A stretch of 64,000 nt of DNA from Paraspadella gotoi (Eukaryota > Animalia > Chaetognatha), in NCBI GenBank assembly GCA_051294375.1, contig CM119263.1:18686628-18750627 (forward strand), written 5' to 3'. The notes under the pieces are model-generated. The model did no database searches. It saw only the letters and a list, made by a program, of their open reading frames with translations, and was not told the origin of the DNA. Both the position numbers and the translations under genes were made by a program. Position 1 is the first letter of the stretch, and the number at the start of each line of letters is the position of its first letter. Positions 12,467-49,993 of this stretch are shown here, piece after piece.

Positions 12467-13391
12467 TCTATCGCCTTTTTCTTCCATTCATTCCTACTCC
12501 AAAAATCCTAATAAGGAGTTCGTACTCGTGGGAAAACAGAAACGGTTTCATGAATACATTTGTTGGAAATTGTGAATCGAACGTCGGTCAAATGTCATCG
12601 ACGGTTGCTACTGACAACGGCGGCGGCGGATGTTAACTCTACTTAATGATTTGGTCCGAACTCTCAATAAAGAGGACGACTTGTAAAGCGCAGAAAGAAC
12701 AAACACTGATTCTGCTATGTTTATAGCGATGTTTTGTCCTTTTCTGCTCTTCTCACTCGTATCCAACTGGACCAACATCGTCATCATTTCACGTATCAAT
12801 GTGAACCGAAATAACCAAAAATAATAAAATTTTTGTTTGCCTTTAATTTAATTTCTGTTTTAAAAAAACTTCTCAAAAGCATTTTTCTGTGAGTGGCATG
12901 CAGAAAATTGACGAATTTAAAACTTAGAAGATAATAAAAACATGGGTTTGCAGCATTGGTTTGTCAACGCCATCACATTTTATACATAATTGCCACATTT
13001 TCTCTATCTTTTATTGTTATCTTTGCCGCGTTAAATTTTTCTCAGATTTTTTCAATTTTTCTTCTCTTTCCTGCGGGGGTGAGAAAGGGTGAATTAAGAC
13101 GACGTCGACAGAAATGACAACGAAAGAAAAGACTATGAAGAAGATGGCGTGAGTATGAAGATTCCAATGTGAAATAATGATCATTATTCATCGGCCCAAT
13201 GAATGGGATCATGGGGGGTCTCGTGTCATGGAAGGCTCGAACACCTTGACAATCAAGGGAAATGACGATGACGATGCGCCACCTGGAATTCACACCCACG
13301 CTCGTGGTCTGTCGAGAAAAGAAGACAATTTCCTTAATTCCCCCAAAACTCTCCGCGTTAAATTACAAACCGTTCCTTGTTCAATGCCGAC

Positions 13392-13430
<39 letters not shown>

Positions 13431-13679
13431 CTCTTCTTCTCTCTCTCTCTCTCTCTCTGGTTTCTTTTCCCCAATCATCTTTCATTCCCCGAATTTTTTC
13501 ATTTGTTGGATCTCAAATTTAATTTGGTTAACCTGATCAAATTGAATATTTTCATTTTTTATCACGATCCGTCATAAACGGTAGTTGAAAAAGTCGACTA
13601 ACGAAAACTGTAAACGATTTTATAGCCCGTAAATAATTTTTCCCTTTGTTCAATATTTCCGTCTAATTCTCTCTCTCTC

Positions 13680-13763
<84 letters not shown>

Positions 13764-15213
13764 TTCTCTCTCTCTCCCCCCCTTTCTCTCTCCAACCCTT
13801 TCCTTTCTCCCTCTCTCTCTATTCATGCACAATTTCTTATCAGACTTCCCTTTCTTCTTTCTGGTTTTACCCCCAACAGATTCTATTCTTCCCTTATCGT
13901 AATTTTCTTTTCATTTTCCCTCACTTTTTCTCCTTTTTTCTTTCCCCATTTTTTCCCTAATTTTCCCGCTTCCCTTTTCCCACTTTCCCTCTTTCGGCAA
14001 AGAGACTACCCACGTTGGTTGCGACGACCACCGATGAGGAACAACGACGGGTTCTTCCGCGGGCGGTCATTCTAAGAAGAAGAACATCGATGCTTGGAAC
14101 AAGGGGAAGAAAAAGATAAGAACAATACAAGAGAACAGAAATGAGTGGAAGAACAAAAAAGAGGAAAACGGAAAGAAGAAGAAACGAAAACAAATTTCAC
14201 GGAAAACCATAAATAAATTTTTGAAAAACCGCATATATAAAAAGAATTAAAAAAGCGTCGTTAATTTTTGCAAATTCATTACCTGGGTCTGAGACGCGAC
14301 GATTCCGCGGCGGAATCTGTGTCACTCAGACTGAGGAAGATGGTCGATGGTCAAATCTTCGTTTGGATGGATCCATTGTCTTCGGTCTGCGGTCGTGAAG
14401 AAATTAAAAGGGACTTACCCGCGGGGACGATTTGCCACGGTCATTCTCGGGACGCGACGGGAGCGACAGTTAAATCGTCCTCTCCGCTCTTTTCGTCATC
14501 CCTTTTGTCATCACCTTCGTCATCTTCCGCTTTATTTTCGTCGTATTAGTCTTCGTTATCACCTTCGATATCTTCCGCTCCATCATTATCGAACTCGCCT
14601 TCGTCGTCTTCGTTGTCGTCTTCGTCATCACTTTTTTTTTAAATAAAGGTATCATGCTTATAGGCGAGGTGAACTTAGGCAATGCCCGACTACATCCACC
14701 GCTCCATCGTTATCACCGTCGCCTTGGTCATCGTCCTCACAGTCATTGAACTCATTTTTTTCTTCGTGGCACAATAAATGATCAAAACTGACGCCACTGA
14801 ATAATTCCCCGAAACAATTGGCTGTCTTGAATCTTGACACTTCATCACATTGACAACAAGTGATATTTCTTTCGATTGATAAACCCTAATTTTGGTTCGT
14901 CCAACTCGCCCACGCACCGCGACCTCGAATTTTCATTTCACGGGTCAAAGAAAAACGAGGATCCCTCACGCTGAGCCCTCTCACTAACCCTGACTCATCT
15001 TCGCTCATCCTACCTTTTTTTTAAAATAAATAATAAAGGCGGACAGATGCTAGGCTGTCGGCAAGAGATCGAACCCGTGACCTCTCTCCCTTTGTTCCGA
15101 TTCGTCCTCCTCGTTTCATCTTCGGCGAAGTCAATTCATCTCGATTTAAGAGGACGAACCAAGATCGGAGCAAACAATGTCATGTCGTCGAGAAGACCAG
15201 AACGCAAACAATT

Positions 15214-15293
<80 letters not shown>

Positions 15294-16294
15294 AAAGTGG
15301 CATTGAAGATTTATTGTTGCGGCTAACAGATAATTGCGTTCACATTTTCATTGATTTTTTTTCGCGGTCAAGTCAGAGACTAAGTTGTCGCTGACTGTTT
15401 ATCGTTAGTAATTTTTCATCGGTGAGCGATGCCAAGAAGGCCAAATGAGGGTCACGGAGTTGCTTCAAACAAAAACGGTCGCTTATTTGTTGTTTAATGA
15501 CAACTAAATATGATGCCTTATTATTGCGACTTTGTTTTTTTGTAATTTCCCAGTAGACGGTCTCGTGAATATAAAATTGATCAGTGATCAGTGAATGTTC
15601 AATAAAAACCAAGTCATCCGTACTAACTCAGAATTTATTCATCGATCTTTAGACGCGAAAAAAAAAAATAGCGACGGATGGTTGCCCGGGAGACGAAAGA
15701 AGTGGCGGCGTTTTTGGCGGTAAATCGGTTGCCAAGGAGACTTTTTAAGCGGTTGTTGTCAATCCAGCGGCGTCGTTTCAGTAGTCAGCTACGATAGCGG
15801 TGGCTTTTCTGGTCGTTTATGCCGTCGATGGCGCCAAAAAGGGCAATGAAACACGATGGAAGAGGAGATAAGAAAGACGACGACAACGATGACTTGATGT
15901 CGGTGGCCTAAGCGACAAGTTTGAATTATAGAACTGAAATTGAAGGACAAAAGAGTCTATTCTTTTCTTACTAATTTTACTGTCGAATTGGTTTTCAAAG
16001 ATGCACACCTACCAATAATAAAAAAACGGTGAAATTATTTTGCTACACGAACGATTATCCGTTGTTCCTTCGAGAATCACTTATCGTTCGTTGTGATCGA
16101 TATCGAGTGATTCCTCCGAAAAACCACAAAATCGCGACCTCGATCGATATTCGCGGTCGTTTTTAACCCTAATCTGAACCTTAGCCCTTCGCTTTGCATC
16201 ACACTCACTGATTTAGTCCCTTTTTCCTGTTTGTATAATTTCAATGCGGTGATCGGAAGGATTGTGTCTCCGCTTTTATTAAGAACACAAAAAG

Positions 16295-16325
<31 letters not shown>

Positions 16326-16928
16326 CCTCCCTTTTTTTAGAGATAAAAAACCGGTCTTTAAAAAAGTCTTCCTGTTTTAGAGAATCTCTCCCATTCTCCA
16401 AGATTGTCTCTCTGTTAGATGCTTATCTGCCTCTAAAATCGAAAATATGATTAAAATCGGCGCGGAGCTCCGGTTCAAAACAAATTTGAATCAGTTATCT
16501 TATCGCAATTTTTTTTTTAGAAGCGGTATGACCTCTTTAAAACTTTATTTAAATAACATTCTGAATTTACATGTAATGCCAGAAATGTGTCAAAGAGAAA
16601 ACTAACGAGATTCAATTTTTTTTCCATAAAGAATGTAAAGGGTATTAACTATTTAGGGTTTTTTTTTATAAATCCATATGCCCGATAAGATGCTATGATC
16701 ATTGATCAACATGCAGTCGTAAAGTTAATTTTTATTTGACGCATCTGAAAAGAAAAAAAATGTGATTCTTGAAAAAAGCCACCAAGAAACAAAGTTTGAG
16801 AAACAAACAAAGATATAACCACCGAAAAAAAAAAGACAAGAAAAGAAAAGAAAAGAAGAGGATGTAGAGGCCTGAAATCGATTAAAACCTTAAGGCTTAA
16901 GATACGCGATCCGGGAACGAAATGCCAG

Positions 16929-16982
<54 letters not shown>

Positions 16983-17738
16983 CTCCTACTCTCAGAGAAT
17001 CGTGGTACAAAGTGCCATCCTAAATATTTCCTCATTTGCAATGTGCTGTCATAAAATTGATAAATGCGTAAATTATTGGGAATTATTACAAAGACAATTT
17101 TCTTTCCGTTTAAAAAAATATTAATTATTCATTCTTTTCTTTACGCAAAAGTTCATATATTTGACTCCTTCTCTATTTCTTACTCTCAGGTCTCGTACTC
17201 GAGATCTTCGCGACACAATGCCGATAAAAGAGGTTGCCTCCGGTATTTGCCGGCGCCGTCGATGCAGCTCTCTCGTTTTCGTCGTTGTCGTCGTTGTCGT
17301 TAGCGATATTTAGACGTTTACGATTTCGATTTTAATGTTTAGTGAGAGAAATTTGAAAATCCATATCGGGGCGAGCCCCTCGCCTCGAGCGCCCAGTTTC
17401 CCTCGGATTAATAACGACCAGCGGGGGGCGAACTAAGGGCCTCACGAAATCTTCGTAACGAGATCATACTGTACGGCATCTACGAGTACAGTAAGACTTT
17501 TGAATTCCTTGACTCGAATTGAAAACGAGTTTTGTTGTCGAAAATATATTTCCTTTCGAGATCGTATATTTTAAAATCTATATAGTTGAAGATACATAAA
17601 TATTAAATAATTTTCTTCTATTACACCCTCAAACAATCATAAGGGTAACCTAAAAGTAAAGATATCCAAATCATTGTTTATCAAAAACTGATGGTACAAA
17701 ACACAAAAGTAAATATTTTAAAAGATACGCGGCATCAT

Positions 17739-17860
<122 letters not shown>

Positions 17861-19235
17861 ATCCCCAAGTTTACCTTACATTTTGTCGTCCCGTCCGTCG
17901 AGCAATACGAAGACGACGACGACAACTTCGGCGAGGACGACGACGACGACGACGACGATAGCAACGACGACCGCGAACTGCGGCAACGACAACGACGATG
18001 ACGACGACGACGACACCGCTGTTATTATTTCCTCTCCTTATCGCAGTTATACTCTTGTGTCTCGATCGGTGGCGAATTTTTACCAACAAAAACGACGGAA
18101 CAAAAAAAAAGGAAAAGAAGAAAAAATAACATGCACTCTTAAAAAAAAATTATATTTTGAAAGAAGAAAATCTAAACCAACTGATAACTTTTAAAAGTTA
18201 AACAGTTAATATTGAAAAAAACTTTTACGTTTTGAAAAACAAAAGTGATCGTTTTAATATTCTTAGATTCGAGATTTCATATAACATACAACACTATTAA
18301 TGATATTTTTTTTTCTTCGCCCTTCTTTCCTCCTTTCCCTTCTCTGGTATAATTCCTTTTCTGTCTTTTAAAAATGTTTCTTCATCTTCCTTCCTTACCC
18401 TTCCTTCCCCTTTCCCCAAGGGTCTTCGACGATGTCCAAATTCCCGCCGAGATTCACTTTTCCGGTAAACCTCCCTCGCTCCGCGGATTCCTCGATTCCA
18501 CGCTACGCGAATTTTGGCCGCACGAACCCGCGTCGTGCGGACCCCACGATTCCACGCCGCGCGGATCGGCGCGATATTTTTGTCGGTCGCTCGTAGCGCG
18601 ACAAAATCTCGAACAAAAACTACGACTCAAATTTCGAAGAAAGAAATGGGTGAATAAATTTTCTCTTCGTTGCACTCAGAAAATTTGTGGAAAGTAAATG
18701 TATACGAACAAATCATCAATGAAAAAAAATCTCTGGATCCGCGGATTGTACATAAATATATCTATTTATTTCTTTTTTCCCTTAAACGGAAGCATAAAGG
18801 ACCAAAAAAAACTCGGAAGTCACTTAAACAAAAGTTCGCTAATGTTTATGTGAGAGAAAAAAAAAGAGGTTGTTTTGTATTTTTTTGTTCTAAAAAAAAA
18901 ATAAACGAAACAAAGAAATCTCGGTGCCTCAACGACGATCAAATACAAACACAAATCCCCCCCCCCTCTATTTTACCCGCGACGCTTAAACCGGAACGTC
19001 GCCAAATGAACCTATGATCTCATAAACTTTTCCACGGATTAAATTTGTCCCACGAACGTAAATAGCCCAAAAATTCGTGCGAAATTTCCAGTGAAAGTAA
19101 AATGAAATAAAAACAAAAGACTCATGTGACCGAAGACCGCCGTCGACGAAAACGGTAAAAAAAGAAAGTGAAAAAAAAAAAGTGCAAAAGCCGGTCATTT
19201 CTGATTCTGTCTGCGAATCTCTCGCTCTCGCTCTC

Positions 19236-19300
<65 letters not shown>

Positions 19301-19525
19301 GTCACTCCGAATTCCGGTGACTCGGGCGTTTTGTTCAGTTTCATGCGCCGACCACTCGATTATCTCGATACAATTCATATTTTTGCGCCAAACTCGCCGT
19401 TGGTCAGCGTTTAAACTCCCGCTCTTTTCTCGCGACGACTGAACGGCGATTCTCGTGTTTTCGGTTGCGTGCAATTGGCGCTCGATGCAAACAATCGCGT
19501 TCGGCGACCGTGGGACTCGAATCCC

Positions 19526-44105
<24,580 letters not shown>

Positions 44106-47100
44106 GCAAACAAAAAAAAAAACAAAACAAAACAAAAAACGAAAAAAAACGACGAATTAAATTTTAGACAAAAACACAAAAGAAAACAAAAGAAAAAAAC
44201 TAGATGTCGCTAAAAAGAAAAACAAAGATGGACGCGAAGGATGCCAATCAAAAAAAACTGAAAATACAATCAAACGATTTGAAAAACAAAAATGCCAGAG
44301 ACGAGAAGTAAACAAAGCGGACTCTTAGCGCAAAAAGACAACAACAAAAAATCATGCGATATGAACGCGGAAGAATGGATGGAAGCCAAACCGAGGGGAA
44401 ACGGCGGCAGAACGGAGAATTCATTATGTTATATTAAAAAATTAATAAGAACGCTCACAAAAAATGGCGTCCGGGAGATTTTTGTTATTTAAGATTACAA
44501 TTAAACATGAAACGAGTTTTTTTCGAATAAATTAAATGTCACGTATAAGTTTTTTCTCCTTTTTCTTTTTTTTTTCTTCAATTAACTTTTAAAAATAAAT
44601 AGAATATGAAAAAAAATTTAGTCTCACTAAAGTTAAAACTACAAAAATTAAAAAAGTCATGCCGCTGTCTCCCTAGTCCCCAGCCTTATGAGAAAAGAAA
44701 AAAATAACATCCGCTTTGCGAATTCATTAAAAACTGAAAAAGTATCATTTCCAGAGCGCACCATCAAATTTTCTTTACTAGATTACTTTTTTTTTAGTAT
44801 AATGCGACAGAAAATCGAAGTTTTTCGAGGAATATTATATTCGATCAACGAATGTACTCGCTATTGGTTTAGGCTACCAATCTCATTATATTGACCTATA
44901 AGAAAAATATAACATAATTTCATGCAAAAAGAAATGTTTCTAAAAAAGTTTATAATCTGTTTTTGAAATACATTATAACATAGAATACCTTCTATAACAT
45001 ATTGCAATTTTCATAACAACGGTTCAATAAAATTGTTAAATTCCCTTAAAAGTATGTTCCAACGTGAGTTTTCTATATCTCTGTGATAATTTATTTTATT
45101 TTTTTTTCCTGAACATTATTACGCCTTCCATGTGCTTAGTCCCTGTCATACCTCAGTCTGTACTCAGTCTGTACTCAGTCTGTATCTCAGTCTGTACCTC
45201 AGTCTGTACATGGCTTAAGGATGCGATCGTGGGTCAATCCTTTCTAAAACCCATTATTGAATATTTTACGATGTTCATTTTCTGTTAATTATTATCAGTG
45301 TTCATTGCGGTTTTTTACTATTAATATCTTTACTTTAACTAGTATTTCTCATTTTTCAAATAATTCTTTAATTATATTATAATTATATCATAATAACATT
45401 TTTTGAACATCATATTGACCCACGGAATAAGCTTTAAGCCAAGAAAAGGGCGTGGCTTGTAAGATCAATTGATGATATATTGATAGTTTTTTTTTATTGT
45501 CTCTTAAAAATATTTTTCAGACACATGTATACATAATTATTCATAGTTCATAATATTTGTTAAAAGTCATCGGTTAAAATCTATTTAAAACTGAATTTAA
45601 ATTGCGGAAAGCTTAATAGAACTTCAAATGCTTCTAGTCAATTTTTAAACCGATCATAGAGAGACAATGAATTACAAATGGCCATAATAATATATTGCAA
45701 CTATAATTGTAGTTGTTAGAAAAATAAGCGTTTTGTACATAAACATGTTAGTCATTATGTTTGTATAAATTATGAGTTCTAGCTGTACAGAACTACGTTA
45801 AATGACTTACTTTTCTTTTCTTTTGTAACTCAGTGATGCCAGTCTATCTGGAGGTCTGTAGCCATAATTTCAAAAAACACCATTTCCGAAACCGAACGAA
45901 ACAATGCCATTTTTTTTTATTTTATGCCAAAATGCTTCTATTTTCTACAAGACCTCCAACGCGAAAATTACCCTGCTCTATTTATGTAACATTTGGTAAT
46001 CGTGGAAATTAAGCTTCAACGGATGATTAAATGAAAGGGAAGAGGAGGAAATCATCAAAAATTATCAGAAAAATATACAACGGTAACGATTTTTAAATAT
46101 TCTATTAAACTAGAATTTGTATTTAAAAAATGTAATTACCATAATTTAAATTGTATTTCAAACAAAAATTAAGTATTAAGTGACCCCTTATCTAAACTTA
46201 CTTCTATCCTTAAATTACCCCCTCGCCCTAAAGTCTTCCCTAACCCTAAACTCACCCTTAAACTCTTACTTTTAACGCGATAATTTGTTTAACCTTAATA
46301 TTGAGGCGACTTACGACCGGTCTAATATTTAATACTCAATATTTAATATTTTATATTTGATACATCTAAATGATTAAATATCAATAACAATAACGAAAAG
46401 TTTTTCTCCGAATTCTAATTGATTTTTTATGAGAAACTATCCTCTTCCTCGCTATCTTTGTTTAATAACTTTTATTTTGTTTAATAAGAAAAATCTTACT
46501 CTTCCCATGCCTATTGGCTGCAGTTTATGCCTCATTCCCACGAAGGCCTAACATTTGTATGTAATAAAACAGTATAAAATCTCTGAATGTTATTATTTAA
46601 AACTCAATAGTTTCTTACTTTTAAGAGGCAAAAATTTATCCTGGAGAGAGTTAGTTATGGATTTTCTTACGACTATATGGCCATGGGTTTATCAAAAATT
46701 CTTACACGTTACACGATATAAAGACCATCGAAAGTCCATCGTATGACAATCGTAAGACGAATAGTAAGACCATCGGAAGATCGGCGACAAAAGGCAAGCG
46801 CCATTTTAATTCAGTTCACATGATTACAACTCTAGATGGCGAATAGACTAAATATAGTTTAAAAAAACAAAACAAAAGTTACCCCAAGTTTTCAAACATG
46901 CTGATTATTTTCAAGTTCATGATATTGAGAATGGTTTATCTTGATCAAAATTGTATAAACTAAAACTTTGATTATGAAATTGGTACAACCAATATAAATA
47001 TTCATTTAATAAATAAGCTATCTTGCCCCTGACTTTGGACAGGCTTTGGTGGTTTAAGGCCTCCATCACTCTTACAAGATAATGACATAGCAGGTCCCTG

Positions 47101-49963
47101 CAAGCTTTCAATCAAGACTCTCTCACAGTCTCGTTTATTCACTCCCAGAGTACCTGGCTTCCCTATCAATGAAGTGGTATAATATTTCAAAGAATGTTTC
47201 AATTGTAAGAAAAGACCACTCCCTTAAGAAGTATTATTATTATGTGATATATACGGATGTAGAACATAAAGAATAGACCTTGATCTGACAGGAGCAAGCG
47301 TAAAGAGAAGTGTGCAAGAGTAACATTAGGTAAGGCCTGAGGTAGGTCGCCTCAAATTAAAGATTTGAAAATTTTATAATCTCAAAAATATTTTATGTGT
47401 TTTCTAATTCTTTATACATTGACTAGGATTATAGGTATTAATCGAGACTCAATAATAATCGCGAGCATTTAAAGCTTCTCTGACACAACGTTTAACTTGG
47501 ACTACGATGTTCTTCGGAAGTATCGTGTTTTTGGTATATGCTCACGTTCAAAATCTTTCACAGCTTACACGTAGCTAATAACCAACTACGGAAGAAAAAA
47601 GTCATTGAAGGCTTTTAAATTTATTTGTAAAAACGTGACATGTATTTACATTACAAGTCAAAAATATCGGATAAAGTGATAGAGTATAATGGTTAACAGT
47701 AAATCAAAAAGTCGGATCCGGGAATGGAAATCATTTGGGTTGCGAAGTTGGTGCAATTTGAATTGCGAATTTTTTTTTAATACGACGCAATATTATAAAT
47801 TAATGAAACAATGCAAAACGTAAAGCAAAAGCAATAACCAGAAAAGGTCGAGATTAAATTAGTGCGTTCCTTAATGTTTTTATTCTTTGTTTAGAACTAA
47901 GAAAGAACGTTTTTGTTTGTTTTTGTTTTAAAAATTTCAAGACTTGGTACCGAACAAAACGAACTTCGCCACTGATGCTCAAACTTCAAACAAAAAAAAA
48001 AACAAAAGGGGAAGAGAAGCGACGACTGGCGGACAAAAGCGCAACCGATCGCCCGAAGGTTAATATTCGTAGTCTATAGTAATTAAATTTTTTTTAAAGT
48101 CAGTGAAAAGAAAAGTATTTATTTTTAGCGTTAGAGAACTTATTTAAAAGGAATCGTAACCCACGAACGGTTAAAACGTCGACGCGCACGAGTGTAAAGC
48201 GAAAAAATAAAGCGAAGGGATGACAACAGATTTTCGTTGGCAAGGATAAAAGAAAAAAGATCGAACTCGATCCTAATTGGAGGAGAAGATGAAGAGGAAG
48301 GGGTGGATGATGGGCGAGAGATAAAAAAATCTGGGGCGGGGTTACGGCCGTGAGGAGCGAAGGGGGGAGGGAAAACGAGAAAGATAAGTGAATGAAGGCC
48401 TCTGAGCAGTAAAGATCGGCGATAGGCAGGGCGAAAAAAAGTGCCAGCCTTTGCTGGATAGAACGCGGCAGGACCACGTCCAGGAGCAGGAGGGGGAAAT
48501 GCCTCGGGGTGGGGTAGGCGGGTAAGGGGGGGGGCAGCTAAATTATAAAAAAAAAAAAACTGCGGAGTCTATGTTTCCTTCGACAGTAAAAACGCGGTAC
48601 TTGTTTGGCGCCGGGAGGAAACCTTTGTCACGCGGTAAAGACGGGACGCGTGACGTCACACGTTACGGATGGTGATCAACGATTCGGTTTTTTTAATTTA
48701 ATTTTTTGTTGTTGTTGTTGTTTTGTTTCCATTCTGTTATTATTTTTGTAATAGGGCCACGAGCCTAATGTACGATAAGGCGCTACCGATATCAGCGAGT
48801 GGCACGATTATAAACAGTGTTATCAATGTCAGCAAGGTGCCATAATGAAACTAAATGACAGTAATGACACTGTAACACCGAGAGACTTTAATTAGCCGGT
48901 GTGTCATCAATGTCGCCGATATGCCACAATGACAGGAAATTAGAGTAACAGAGGAATAGATGCAACATGCGGCCGTTAAATCCATGAAAAGCCGCATATA
49001 CCATTTCGAACGGAATTGCCAACTTTGATGACACTCTGGGAGAAATAGATGACAATATTCTTTCGGTATCTTCCGATTCATGAAATATCAGTTAAAATTG
49101 ACGTCATTGGCTAATGATAGACCACTAAACTTCAAATATAAAGCCAAAATATGCTAGACTGCTGAAAAATATTTTGTTACACTTGAAATGAAGATACGGG
49201 AAGGCATCGTTATCGATTTCAATGTCACAAACGTTGGCTTAACACATCGAAAATGAAACCTAACATATCGCAACAAATAACATCAAATAGATTGGTATCG
49301 TGCATTGGAAGTTTGACTTAAATTTCGTAGTAATGCGGGAAAAGACAAGTATTGAACTTAAATGAAAAGCGCGCTTTGTTTTATTCTCAATTGATACATG
49401 GCCTAAAGTAAAATTATGATTTTGTGGGTTTTTTGTATCATTAAAATTAATATTGACTCATGTATCAATCATAGTAATTACCTACTACTTCTACAAAATA
49501 GAGAAAAAATAAATGATCGTAATCTAAGAAATTTTATATCATAGATAAAATAAATAATTTTAGCCAAACCTTTTTTAATATAAAAAAGGAGGTTTTAGGA
49601 GGTATGCTAAAATGTAAAAAGTTTTATCATTTGCTGCTAATACTTTTTTAAGACCTGTTATCATCACACAAACGAGAAAGCAACACATATTGAAAATCAT
49701 TTTCATCTATAAGAAACCTTTAGCGTGAAAAATATGTAGCTTCTTGTAATTGGCATGTTTCGCATCCAAGTAAAGGAGATTTGCACAAAAAAGTAAGAAA
49801 CCCAAGGAAGTGCGTGTTTCTCGAGAAAAGGGTGAGAGGTGAAGACAGAAAACATAAGACAAAACAAAGAGAAGTATTTTTTCTAATTTTATAACTTAAT
49901 AATATAGCATAGGAAAATGAGATGCTAAAATCGTTTTATCTACGTACTAAAGAGAAAAAACGT

Positions 49964-49993
49964 TGCCAGACATGTATCAATACATGTCTGGCA
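49964..49993. repeat. Perfect short palindrome/hairpin
   Basis: TGCCAGACATGTAT-CA-ATACATGTCTGGCA, a 14-bp perfect stem. Confidence 0.85.

Noticed and set aside
14283-14420. Minus-strand exon-like segment with good splice sites
   Set aside because: There are stops in all three frames and the implied intron is only about 33 nt. At most it is non-coding.
46200-46265. Interstitial telomeric repeat
   Set aside because: Only a few degenerate CCCTAA-like units are present, more likely part of a repeat element.
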